NCBI GenBank assembly: GCA_003140935.1
Contig: PLLJ01000023.1
Span: 24,824-88,823 of the forward strand
Length of the DNA: 64,000 nt
From: Candidatus Omnitrophota bacterium
Lineage (GTDB): Bacteria; Omnitrophota; Omnitrophia; Omnitrophales; Aquincolibacteriaceae
Direction: 5' to 3'
Shown: positions 20,022 to 28,938 of the stretch, one piece after another
Position numbering within the stretch: position 1 is the stretch's first letter
Layout of the letters: every line of letters begins with the position of its first letter
Position numbers and translations under genes: made by a program
The notes under the pieces: model-generated
The model's input: only the letters and a program-made list of their open reading frames with translations
Databases searched by the model: none
What the model was told of the DNA's origin: nothing

Positions 20022-20477
20022 ATGCACCCACTTGTAAAACACACAAACCGGTGGATCGATCCTTTTGATCTCGTCACGGATCTTCAGGGGGACGTGAACC
20101 GTTTATTTTCTTCGACTTTGCACCCGAGATCGCATGACGGTGTTGGGGAATTACTGCCGAATCTTGAGGTCAAGGAGGACGAGAACCAGTTCCTCGTGCA
20201 CCTCGATATCCCCGGGATGGAGCGCAAAGACCTGGATATTTCGGTCAGCGGCAAAATACTCACGGTAAAAGGGGAGCGGAAAGAAGAGGAAAGCAAAAAA
20301 GGAAAAGGCTATTTCTATTCCGAGCGTCGTTACGGAAGTTTCCATCGCTCGGTGGAACTGCCGGCTGAGGTGAAAGCCGACAAGGTTGAAGCCCATTACA
20401 AAGACGGCGTTCTGAAGCTGATCCTTCCAAAATCCGAGAAGGCCAAGGCAAAACAGATCAAAGTTGATGTGAAATAA
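20022..20477 (+). CDS. Small heat-shock protein, Hsp20/alpha-crystallin family
   Basis: AAGGAGAA RBS. ...FLVHLDIPGMERKDLDISVSGKILTVKGER...GSFHRSVELPAEVKADKVEAHYKDGVLKLILPK. Confidence 0.88.
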   Translation: MHPLVKHTNRWIDPFDLVTDLQGDVNRLFSSTLHPRSHDGVGELLPNLEVKEDENQFLVHLDIPGMERKDLDISVSGKILTVKGERKEEESKKGKGYFYSERRYGSFHRSVELPAEVKADKVEAHYKDGVLKLILPKSEKAKAKQIKVDVK

Positions 20478-20751
20478 AGCCTATCCAGGAACCGGTCCCC
20501 ATGGGTCCATAGCCGGATCAAAGAGGCGATGGCGGCTCTGTCTGTGCCGGACTTTTCGAAAGCACGGTTTGACTGATCCCGAGGGAGAGGATATTTTGAT
20601 TACAAAAAATTAATGCTGATTTAAGCTCCTGTTCATTTTCTCTGTGTTATGCTCCACCAGCCGAAAAAGGAGCGCAGGATAAAAGAGGTAACGAAATGGG
20701 ATCGGTATTGTAACGAGGCTCAACAGCGGAACCTAAGAAAAGGAGCAGGCT

Positions 20752-21072
20752 ATGAAGAAAAAATTGCTTCATGTTTCGACATTAGCGGTGATGGTTTTGC
20801 TTGTTACCGGGTGCGCGACTCCCTATCCCGTGGGGCTTCTTTACACGGAGCTGAATCTTCCTCACCAGGCGGTGTCGCAATCGGAGGTGTCCTACACGAA
20901 GGTGGGTGTTGCCAAGGCAACTTCGGTCCTGGGTCTTGTGACCACGGGGGATGCAAGCCAGCGGGCCGCCATACGCAATGGTCAGATCACAAAGGTTAAA
21001 TATATCGACTACTCGGTGAAGAACATCCTGGGGATCTATGGGGAGTATACCGTAACGGTCTACGGTGATTAA
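20752..21072 (+). CDS. TRL-like small lipoprotein
   Basis: AAAAGGAG RBS. Lipobox LVTGC. GLLYTELNLPHQ...AIRNGQITKVKYIDYSVKNILGIYGEYTVTVYGD is the TRL-domain pattern. Confidence 0.6.
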   Translation: MKKKLLHVSTLAVMVLLVTGCATPYPVGLLYTELNLPHQAVSQSEVSYTKVGVAKATSVLGLVTTGDASQRAAIRNGQITKVKYIDYSVKNILGIYGEYTVTVYGD

Positions 21073-21128
21073 GTGAACGGCAGCAAATACAACCGTAGGG
21101 TGAACGGGGATGGGCCCAGAGGAGCCGC

Positions 21129-21803
21129 ATGAGAGTTCTTGTGATCGAAGATGAGAAAAGGATGGCGGGCTTCATCGAGCGTGGGCTGAAAGAGGCGCAT
21201 TATGCCGTGGACCTGGCTTATGACGGGGAGCAGGGCATTCATCTGGCGGAGAACAACCCCTACGATCTGATCGTCCTCGACGTGGTCCTGCCTTATGAGA
21301 GCGGTTTTTTTGTTTGCGAGCATTTGAGGGACAAAGGGATCCAAACGCCCGTCCTTCTATTGACGGCCAAGAACGCGGTCAGAGATAAGGTGCGGGGGCT
21401 CGATGCCGGAGCGGACGATTACCTGACGAAACCGTTCGCTTTTGAAGAATTCATGGCACGGGTCCGAGCCTTGACGCGAAAAAACAGCCCTTCCAAGAAC
21501 AACATCCTCAAATTGGCCGACCTTGAGCTGGACCGCGTCACGCACAAAGTGTCCCGCGCGGGGCGGGAGATCACTCTGGCGAACAAGGAGTACGCTCTTC
21601 TGGAATACCTCATGCTCAATGCGGGCCATGTCATGACACGGACCATGATCTCCGAGCATGTGTGGAATGAGAGCTTTGACACCCTGACGAACGTCTTCGA
21701 TGTTTATATCCATCGTCTTCGCGGCAAGATCGACGAAGGATCCTCCAAGCCGCTGATTCACTCCGTGCGTGGCGTCGGCTATGTTCTGAAAGAGGACGCA
21801 TGA
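21129..21803 (+). CDS. OmpR-family response regulator (REC + winged-helix)
   Basis: MRVLVIEDEKRMAGFIERGL...LDVVLP...LTAKNAVRDKVRGLDAGADDYLTKPF...VRGVGYVL. Confidence 0.9.
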   Translation: MRVLVIEDEKRMAGFIERGLKEAHYAVDLAYDGEQGIHLAENNPYDLIVLDVVLPYESGFFVCEHLRDKGIQTPVLLLTAKNAVRDKVRGLDAGADDYLTKPFAFEEFMARVRALTRKNSPSKNNILKLADLELDRVTHKVSRAGREITLANKEYALLEYLMLNAGHVMTRTMISEHVWNESFDTLTNVFDVYIHRLRGKIDEGSSKPLIHSVRGVGYVLKEDA

Positions 21804-23296
21804 GAAAGAACTCGGTACGGTTCCAAATGAGCGTTCTTTTTACGGTCATCCTGGGGATCCTCGTGATCGCGCATAGCGCCGTGCTGTATTTTACGTTATC
21901 GCACGTGATCTACGGAGAGATCGACCAGGAGCTCCACGGAAAAGTCCGTGCGATCAATGATACGGTGGCGGCTTATTCCAATCTTATGGAGCCGAACTAT
22001 GAAATCACGCCCAAGTCGCTGAACCGGGCTCTGAGCCTTATCGATGCGGAGCAAACAAAGCTCTTTGACCCCCCGAAGATCAAAGCGCTTGACAAGGAAT
22101 GGCGGGATAAATTGCTCGGCCTGGGGCTTAATCACGATTATACCATCGTATTCTATCCCGACGGAGGCGTGGCGGAAATGAGCGGCAATATCCCGAAGGC
22201 GCTTCTTCCGGAATTGAAACGAATGGCTTTCAGCGTGACTTCCAAAAAGTCCCAGATCGCAATGATGCCCGAGGGCGTGGGTAAATTGAAGGCCATTGTC
22301 AGCCCGTCTTACCGCGAGAATAAACTGAAAAATATCCTGGTGATCGCCACATCGACGGCATCGACCGATGCGATCCTGCAAGGCCGTTTCACCCTTATCT
22401 TGATCACCGTTCCCACGGTGTTGCTCATTTCGATCTTTTTTGCCCTGTTCTTTGTCAAAAAAAGCCTTAGCCCTATCAAAGAGATCACGAGAACGGTCGA
22501 CGAGATCACTTACAAGGACATGAATAAACAGGTGGAGGTCCGATTGAAGGATCCGGAGATCACCGGTCTCAAAGACGCGCTCAATAAAATGCTCGTTCGT
22601 CTGCGCGAGTCCTTTCGGAACATGGATGATTTCAGTTCCAATGCGGCCCATGAACTGAAGACACCCATCGCGATCATCCGGGGAGAGGCGGAAGTCGCTC
22701 TCTTGGACGACCGGGATACGGAGGAATACAAAAGAGTGATCGGCGTTATTCTGGAAGAAGGGAAGCGGATGCTCAAAACGATCGACGATCTGCTTCTGGT
22801 GAACAAGATCGATTACCAGACGGAGGTGTTCACCTTCGAACCTATTGAAACGGCTGAATTTTTCTCCGAGATCATGGAACAGGCGAAGATCGTTGCGGCT
22901 CAAAAAGACATCGCCGTTGAATCCGAATTGCCGCCCTCGTCCCAGTTCATCAGCGCGAACAAACTTCACTTGCGGCGCCTCTTTTTCAATTTGATCGACA
23001 ACGCGATCAAATTCACCGCGTCGGGGGGGACCATCGGCATTAAGGTATCGTACGCCGATGACAGGCTGAAAGCCGAAATCTCCGACACGGGGATTGGGAT
23101 CCCGCCCGAGGACCTGAAAAAGATCTACGACAGGTTCTTCCGCGTGGACCGGACCAGCTGGGGGAATGTTCCCGGCAGCGGTCTGGGGCTCAGTATCGCA
23201 AAGTCGATCGCGACCATGCACCATGGGACCCTGGACGCGCAGAGCGAGCTCGGAAAAGGCACGACCTTCACCATCGGTCTTCCTCTGATCAAGTAG
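21800..23296 (+). CDS. Sensor histidine kinase (periplasmic sensor, HAMP, HisKA, HATPase), partner of the OmpR regulator
   Basis: ATGA overlap. H-box AAHELKTPIAIIRGEAEV; N, G1 and G2 boxes (DNAIKFT, GSGLGLSIAKSIATMHHG). Confidence 0.9.
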   Translation: MRKNSVRFQMSVLFTVILGILVIAHSAVLYFTLSHVIYGEIDQELHGKVRAINDTVAAYSNLMEPNYEITPKSLNRALSLIDAEQTKLFDPPKIKALDKEWRDKLLGLGLNHDYTIVFYPDGGVAEMSGNIPKALLPELKRMAFSVTSKKSQIAMMPEGVGKLKAIVSPSYRENKLKNILVIATSTASTDAILQGRFTLILITVPTVLLISIFFALFFVKKSLSPIKEITRTVDEITYKDMNKQVEVRLKDPEITGLKDALNKMLVRLRESFRNMDDFSSNAAHELKTPIAIIRGEAEVALLDDRDTEEYKRVIGVILEEGKRMLKTIDDLLLVNKIDYQTEVFTFEPIETAEFFSEIMEQAKIVAAQKDIAVESELPPSSQFISANKLHLRRLFFNLIDNAIKFTASGGTIGIKVSYADDRLKAEISDTGIGIPPEDLKKIYDRFFRVDRTSWGNVPGSGLGLSIAKSIATMHHGTLDAQSELGKGTTFTIGLPLIK

Positions 23297-23429
23297 CAAG
23301 CAGGGTCAACCTTCCCGGCGGTCTGTTTTCCATGAACAAGATTTAATTCTCTATTAATCCTCTTGTCATCCGCCGTATGAGAAGATCGCGCCGGTTAAAA
23401 GACAAAAGTTCAATAACGAAGGAGACACT

Positions 23430-23801
23430 ATGAAACAAATACTGATCGTGGATGATGAAAAGAGAATGACGAGGCTTTACGAGTACATTTTGACCCAAAA
23501 GGGTTACAAAACGTTCGTAGCCGATAGCGCAAACGACGCGAACGAGATCTTGAAAAAAGAAAAGGTCGACGTGGTCCTCCTGGATATCAACATGCCTGGA
23601 GCGGGCGGAGATGATCTTTACGGTGTGATGAAACTCTTCCATCAAGAAGTAAAAGTGATCATCAGCAGCGTTCTTCCCATCGGTAGGCAGAAGCAGCTTG
23701 TGCCCGGGGCGACGGCGTATTATGACAAATCCCAGGCCATCGAGATGCTTTTCAGCAAGATCGTCAAGGCCTGCACGGAAAGCCCGATCGCAGTGAAATA
23801 G
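23430..23801 (+). CDS. Stand-alone REC-domain response regulator
   Basis: AAGGAGA RBS. MKQILIVDDEKRMTRLYEYIL...VVLLDINMPGAGG. Confidence 0.8.
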   Translation: MKQILIVDDEKRMTRLYEYILTQKGYKTFVADSANDANEILKKEKVDVVLLDINMPGAGGDDLYGVMKLFHQEVKVIISSVLPIGRQKQLVPGATAYYDKSQAIEMLFSKIVKACTESPIAVK

Positions 23802-23880
23802 ACCCCAAGTAGAATTCCGAAAATCACTTCCCCCGATCGAAGGAAATGCCACAAAGGGTATTTTTGTTTTCTTTGAGCGG

Positions 23881-23908
23881 GTAGAAAAAAGTCAAAAAAA
23901 AGGGGAAG
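23881..23908 (+). promoter_or_regulatory. Recurring 26-bp motif, copy 3, about 360 nt upstream of the AraC-type response regulator, with an inverted half-site at 23917-23933
   Basis: GTAGAAAAAAGTCAAAAAAAAGGGGAAG, then GCTGACTTTTTTCCACC, which is the reverse complement of GGTGGAAAAAAGTCAGC. Confidence 0.4.
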
Positions 23909-24268
23909 CCTGTCATGCTGACTTTTTTCCACCTTTGCTATTATTTGCGGTGTCATCAGGCCTGAGACCGGAAAACGAGTAGCTTACAAAAGCGTTCACA
24001 GCTCACGAAAGGCACAGATGGAAAAATTGACTTATTTCCATCATCGATCTATATTATTTATACGGCTTTTTGCGATTCAAACCCCGCTTTTAATGGTGTA
24101 TTTAAAATAGATCGAAACCATGCTGACAAGCCCTCGTAGACGATTTGAAACTGCAAGCACGTCTTATCCCCGCTGTGCGTTATTCCGGATACGGTTCTCC
24201 ATCCAAAGTAAAATGTGTTCTGTGTTTGCTGAACATTTTTCCGATCACATTAAAAGAGAGGTGCTTCA

Positions 24269-25038
24269 TGCCTGAAACTATATTACTCGTCGACGATGAC
24301 AAGGAATTCAGAGAGGAATTCAGGGAGTTCCTCTCGGGCTATCAGATCCGTGAGGCGGCCAACGGCCGGGAGGCCCTGGATATTTTGCATAAGGCCCATG
24401 ACATCGATCTCATGATCCTGGATGTCAACATGCCGCAATTGGGCGGGATCGAAGTCCTGAAGGAAATAAAAAGAACGGATCCCAATGTGGGGATCATCAT
24501 TCTGACAGGCTACAGCGACAAGGACACCGCGATCGAAGCCCTCAAAGGACACGCGGACGATTATCTCGAAAAGCCCGTGGATCCCGAAAAGATGCGGACC
24601 CTGATCGAGAAACACCTTGAAAAAAAGCACGCGGGGAGCGATATCGATACTTCGAATACGCAGGGAAAGATCGAGAAGGTGAAACGCTTTCTCGAGAGGA
24701 ATTGTTTCAAAAAGGCGGGTCTGACGGAAGCGGCGCGGGCCGTGTGCCTGAGCCCCAAATATCTGAGCCGGATCTTCAAGGAAGAAACGGGGGAGAGCTA
24801 CGTCGGATATCGGCTCAAGATCAAGATCGAAAAAGCCAAAGAGCTTTTAACGCAAGGCGGCGGCAATGTCAGCCAGATCGCCTACAAGCTCGGCTATGAA
24901 AATCCGGAATCCCTGATCCGTCAGTTCAAGAAATTCACGCACAAGACGCCGGCGAAATTCCGTCAGAGCATTGCGAAACAAATTCCCGCGGGCGGGAAAA
25001 TCAGTCGGAAGGAAAAAACCGGGAAAAGAGCGGAATAA
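24269..25038 (+). CDS. Response regulator with AraC-type HTH output (REC + HTH_AraC)
   Basis: AGAGAGG RBS. MPETILLVDDDKEFREEF...LMILDVNMPQLGG; C-terminal VSQIAYKLGYENPESLIRQFKKFTHKTPAKFR. Confidence 0.85.
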
Positions 25039-25041
25039 CTC

Positions 25042-25665
25042 ATGAACCCAGAGACTCGCAGAAAGATCGCAAAGATTCTGGCGCTCGCCGTGAGCCTTGC
25101 CGGCATCCTGGTGATCCTCGGCTGGATCTTCAATATCGGTTTCTTGAAAAGTCTCTCTTCGGCCTGGATCTCCATGAAATTCAATACGGCCTTTGTCTTT
25201 GTCTTGAGCGGCCTGATCCTTTATTTTATTGTCCAGACCGGGGAAGGCAAACCCGATGTGGCCCAAGTCGTTCTCCCCATTGCCTCGCTCGTGATCCTGC
25301 TTTTGATGGGGACCTTGTTCTTTGGTAACCTTTTGGGTGTCCAAACAGGAGCGGAAGAACTGTTTATGCGGGACCTGAGCTCTGCTCCCACGACGGTCAC
25401 TCCCGGCATGCCGTCGTTACCGACGATGTTCAATTTTATATTGATCGCAAGCGCCGCTATTTTGACCCTTTTTAACCCCGAAAAATTATCAGCCATGCTG
25501 AAAAACATCGGACTTATCGTCGGGTGGGTCGGGGTCGTAGCGGTTCTCGGCTATCTGATAAATATTCCGCTTCTTTATTATTTCATCGCAGGTGTCAACA
25601 ACGCGATGGCCTGTCATACCGCGATCCTGTTCATGCTCCTGGGAGCCGGATTTTTATGTCTCTAA
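25042..25665 (+). CDS. Polytopic membrane protein (5-6 TM); possible sensory or accessory module of the downstream kinase
   Basis: Hydrophobic throughout. Its 3' end overlaps the start of the histidine kinase by 10 nt. Confidence 0.5.
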   Translation: MNPETRRKIAKILALAVSLAGILVILGWIFNIGFLKSLSSAWISMKFNTAFVFVLSGLILYFIVQTGEGKPDVAQVVLPIASLVILLLMGTLFFGNLLGVQTGAEELFMRDLSSAPTTVTPGMPSLPTMFNFILIASAAILTLFNPEKLSAMLKNIGLIVGWVGVVAVLGYLINIPLLYYFIAGVNNAMACHTAILFMLLGAGFLCL

Positions 25666-28274
25666 AAGCAAAACTCATCATTCTGTTTCTGGCGATTGCT
25701 TTGATCCCTTTGGTTTTCGTAAGCGCCTTGACCGTCCATAACTATCAAAATTCCATAGAAACGGCCCACCTGTCGGACCTTCAGCATATCGCCCTATTTA
25801 AAGCCGATAAAATAGAAGCCCATTTTGTCGATTTGAAAAAAAATCTCGAAGTTATCCGGAACATCTATGCGGTCAAAAAAAATCTTCCCATTCTGGACCG
25901 GCTTGTTCATGACCCGACCGATCCCAACTTTGTCGCGGCACAAAAGATGCTCAATGAAATATTCCCGAAAGCGACAAACGTTTGGAACCTGTTCGACATC
26001 ATGCTGCTTGGTCCTCAAGGGAACATCGTTTATTCAAGTAAGCCCGGTTATCACCCGGAGGTTTTTCCGAAAGGATTGCCGGCTCGTTATCAAGAAGCTT
26101 TTGAGAATGGGAAAAAAGGGATCTATTTTTCAGAGGTATTTCCTAACGAGAAAGAAAAGGACAAGACGACGATCTTGGCAACAGCCCCTGTGTCTGATCT
26201 TCACGGTCTTCCCGCGGGAGTGATTGTTTTCGAAGTAAATATGGAGCCCTTTTTCAAACTTATTCAAGATGTTACAGGTCTTGGCAAGACCGGCGAGACC
26301 TTGATCGGAAAAAAAGAGGGAGATAAAGTAGTATTTCTGAATCCCCTCAGGCATGACCCTGAAGCAGCTTTTAAACGCTATACAACTATCGGCAGTGTTG
26401 TGGGAGAGGCGTTACAACATGCGGTACAAGGCCAAAACGGATTCGGCTATACCATTGATTACCGCGGTAAACCGGTGGTAGCGGCTTGGCGGTACCTTCC
26501 ATTGTTAAGGTGGGGGGTTGTGGCCAAGATCGATCGCGAGGAGGCCTTTGCGGAGATCATCCATTTAAGACATGTCGTGATCATCTTAATTGTCATTATT
26601 TCCGCTTTGGCTGGCATCACGGCGTTTTCCATAGCTCAGTCCATTTCCGGGCCTATCCAAAAGCTCTCAAAAGGCGCGGAGATCATTGGGAAAGGGAACC
26701 TGGATTATAAAGTCGGAACCTCTCTCAAGGATGAAATCGGGCAGCTTTCAAGGGCATTCGACAAAATGACCGCTGAGCAAAAGCAGGCCCAAGATTCTTT
26801 GCGCCAAACCTCGTTTTATGCCAGGAGTCTTCTCGAAGCATCTTTGGATCCTCTGGTCACGATCTCGGCCTACGGCAAGATCACGGATGTTAACGAAGCT
26901 ACGATCAAGGCGACCGGCTTGTCCCGGGGAGATCTTGTCGGCACCGATTTTTCCGATTACTTCACAGAACCGGTTAAAGCCAAGGCGGGCTATCAAGAAG
27001 TCTTTTCGAAAGGATTTGTCACAGACTACCCGCTGACGATACGCCATAAGGACGGACATTCAACGGATGTTCTCTACAATGCCAGTGTTTATAAAGATAC
27101 TCACGGTAATGTCCTGGGAGTTTTCGCCGCGGCGCGCGACATAACTTTATTGAAACAAACTTCTCAATACGCCCGAAGCTTGATCGAATCTTCCCTTGAT
27201 CCCTTGGTCACGATCTCCGCCGACGGAAAAATTACGGACGTCAATGAAGCGGCTATCAAGGCGACCGGTCTGTCCCGGGGAGATCTTGTCGGAACAGATT
27301 TTTCCAATTACTTTACGAAGCCTGAAAAAGCCAAGGCAGGCTATCAAGAAGTCTTTTCGAAAGGATTTGTCACAGACTACCCGCTGACGATACGCCGCAA
27401 GGACGGACATTTAACGGATGTTCTCTATAACGCCAATATCTATAAAGATACTCGCGGTAATGTCCTGGGAGTTTTCGCCGCAGCACGTGATGTGACAGAA
27501 CTGAAAAAAGCAGAAGCGGAACTAAGGCGTCATCGCGACAGCCTCGAAGTTCTGGTGGCGGAGCGAACCGCCGATCTTCAAACAGCAAATCAAGAGCTCG
27601 CAAGTTCCAACGAAAATCTGGAGCAATTCGCCTACGTCGCGTCCCATGACCTTCAGGAACCCTTGCGGGTCATGTCCAATTTTTCGCAATTGTTGGAAAA
27701 ACGTTATAAGGATAAGCTGGATCAAGACGCGAATGAATTTATCGAGTTTATCGTGGATGCGGCAAAACGCATGCAGAAACTGATCACGGACCTTCTCGCT
27801 TATTCGCGGATAGGCAAAAAAGACATTGCCGAGACCGAAGAAGATCTCAACAAGATGGTTCAAAAAATACTGGACGGCATGGCGGCGACTCTGGAATCAA
27901 GCGGCGGTACGGTGACTTATGATACACTTCCAGCGTTGAGGGTCCACGCAACGAGTATAATGCAGGTTTTTCAGAATTTGATCGGCAACGCGTTGAAATT
28001 CCACGAGAAACTACCCCCCCGAGTCCATATCAGCGCAAGAAAAGACGGAGAGGAGTGGATCTTTTCCGTGCGGGATAATGGTCTGGGGATCGAACCGCAA
28101 TACCACGAGCGGATCTTCCAGATCTTCCAGCGCCTGCATTCCAAGGAAGAATATTCCGGCACCGGCATCGGTCTCTCCATCTGCAAAAAAATAGTGACGA
28201 ATTACGGAGGACGGATCTGGGTCGAATCCGAACACGGCAAAGGCTCGACTTTTTATTTCACAATCCCCACATAA
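25656..28274 (+). CDS. Sensor histidine kinase: TM, Cache-like periplasmic domain, HAMP, two PAS domains, HisKA, HATPase
   Basis: ATG at 25656 (MSLKAKLIILFLAIALIPLVF). H-box FAYVASHDLQEPLRVMSNFSQLL. G-boxes RDNGLGIEPQYHERIFQ, GTGIGLSICKKIV. The track ORF 25524 includes an upstream extension. Confidence 0.88.
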   Translation: MSLKAKLIILFLAIALIPLVFVSALTVHNYQNSIETAHLSDLQHIALFKADKIEAHFVDLKKNLEVIRNIYAVKKNLPILDRLVHDPTDPNFVAAQKMLNEIFPKATNVWNLFDIMLLGPQGNIVYSSKPGYHPEVFPKGLPARYQEAFENGKKGIYFSEVFPNEKEKDKTTILATAPVSDLHGLPAGVIVFEVNMEPFFKLIQDVTGLGKTGETLIGKKEGDKVVFLNPLRHDPEAAFKRYTTIGSVVGEALQHAVQGQNGFGYTIDYRGKPVVAAWRYLPLLRWGVVAKIDREEAFAEIIHLRHVVIILIVIISALAGITAFSIAQSISGPIQKLSKGAEIIGKGNLDYKVGTSLKDEIGQLSRAFDKMTAEQKQAQDSLRQTSFYARSLLEASLDPLVTISAYGKITDVNEATIKATGLSRGDLVGTDFSDYFTEPVKAKAGYQEVFSKGFVTDYPLTIRHKDGHSTDVLYNASVYKDTHGNVLGVFAAARDITLLKQTSQYARSLIESSLDPLVTISADGKITDVNEAAIKATGLSRGDLVGTDFSNYFTKPEKAKAGYQEVFSKGFVTDYPLTIRRKDGHLTDVLYNANIYKDTRGNVLGVFAAARDVTELKKAEAELRRHRDSLEVLVAERTADLQTANQELASSNENLEQFAYVASHDLQEPLRVMSNFSQLLEKRYKDKLDQDANEFIEFIVDAAKRMQKLITDLLAYSRIGKKDIAETEEDLNKMVQKILDGMAATLESSGGTVTYDTLPALRVHATSIMQVFQNLIGNALKFHEKLPPRVHISARKDGEEWIFSVRDNGLGIEPQYHERIFQIFQRLHSKEEYSGTGIGLSICKKIVTNYGGRIWVESEHGKGSTFYFTIPT
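26806..27497 (+). repeat. Tandem direct duplication of a ~340-bp PAS-domain segment inside the kinase gene
   Basis: Unit 1 (about 26806-27140) and unit 2 (about 27159-27497) share 60-nt perfectly identical runs, for example ggctatcaagaagtcttttcgaaaggatttgtcacagactacccgctgacgatacgcc. Protein units are about 85% identical. Confidence 0.8.
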
Positions 28275-28289
28275 CAAAAGGAGAAAAAA

Positions 28290-28754
28290 ATGGCTGATGG
28301 TAACGGTAATCACGTAAATCCGATCGATGTGCTTTTGGTGGAGGACAGTCCGGCGGACGTCAGATTGACCCGGGAAGCGCTTAAGGAAGAGAAGATGCGC
28401 ATCAATCTGCATGTGGCCGTGGACGGCGTCGAGGCAATGCAATTTTTACACCGGGAAGGCAAATTTGCCGAGGTTGCACTGCCGGACCTGATCCTTTTGG
28501 ACCTGAACCTTCCCAAAAAGGACGGTCGCGAGGTGCTTAAGGAGATCAAAGCGGACGCAGGCTTGAAAAGGATCCCCGTGGTCATTCTCACGATGTCCAA
28601 GGCGGAAGAAGATGTTTTAAAGACCTATGATCTTCACGCGAACTGTTATATTACGAAGCCCTTGGATCTAAAGCAGTTTTCAAAGGTGGTGAAATCCATA
28701 CAGGAATTTTGGATGACCATCGTGAAGCTGCCGCCCAATGAGGATAAAAAATAA
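28290..28754 (+). CDS. Stand-alone REC response regulator (Rcp1-like, phytochrome-associated type)
   Basis: [39 protein letters not shown]...[35 protein letters not shown]...YITKP. Confidence 0.85.
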   Translation: MADGNGNHVNPIDVLLVEDSPADVRLTREALKEEKMRINLHVAVDGVEAMQFLHREGKFAEVALPDLILLDLNLPKKDGREVLKEIKADAGLKRIPVVILTMSKAEEDVLKTYDLHANCYITKPLDLKQFSKVVKSIQEFWMTIVKLPPNEDKK

Positions 28755-28818
28755 AAAAGCAAATAATGACATTAAAAGAAAGCGAAGTGATTTCGTGGCA
28801 GGATCGCGTATCTTGTTA

Positions 28819-28855
28819 GTACCGCATCATATTTGCAATCAGGGGTATGCGGTAC
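28819..28855. promoter_or_regulatory. Perfect 9-bp inverted repeat GTACCGCAT-N19-ATGCGGTAC upstream of the hybrid kinase
   Basis: Read directly from the sequence. Lies 85 nt upstream of the ATG at 28939. Confidence 0.3.
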
Positions 28856-28938
28856 AATACTGTTAACCCCTAAAATCAAATAAAGAACAGTATTAGCGAC
28901 AGTTGGAAGGGCCATACTCATGAGGATGATTTAAGCTT

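Noticed and set aside
21896-23299. 467-aa minus-strand ORF antisense to the histidine kinase 21800-23296. Similar long antisense ORFs: 28918-30009, 30142-31272, 35399-36223, 43797-44855, 33543-34136, 18545-19159.
   Set aside because: They sit exactly opposite well-supported genes with clear family motifs and RBSs. They have low-complexity, Arg/Pro-rich translations and no start signals, which is the typical shadow-ORF artefact in mid/high-GC DNA.
24145-24268. Upstream extension of the AraC-type response regulator ORF (MKLQARLIPAV...)
   Set aside because: The receiver consensus begins at the RBS-preceded ATG 24269. The extension has no RBS.
25524-25655. Upstream extension of the double-PAS kinase ORF (MGRGRSGSRL...)
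   Set aside because: It is out of frame with, and overlapped by, the membrane-protein gene 25042-25665. The TM-initiating MSLKAK start at 25656 fits kinase topology.
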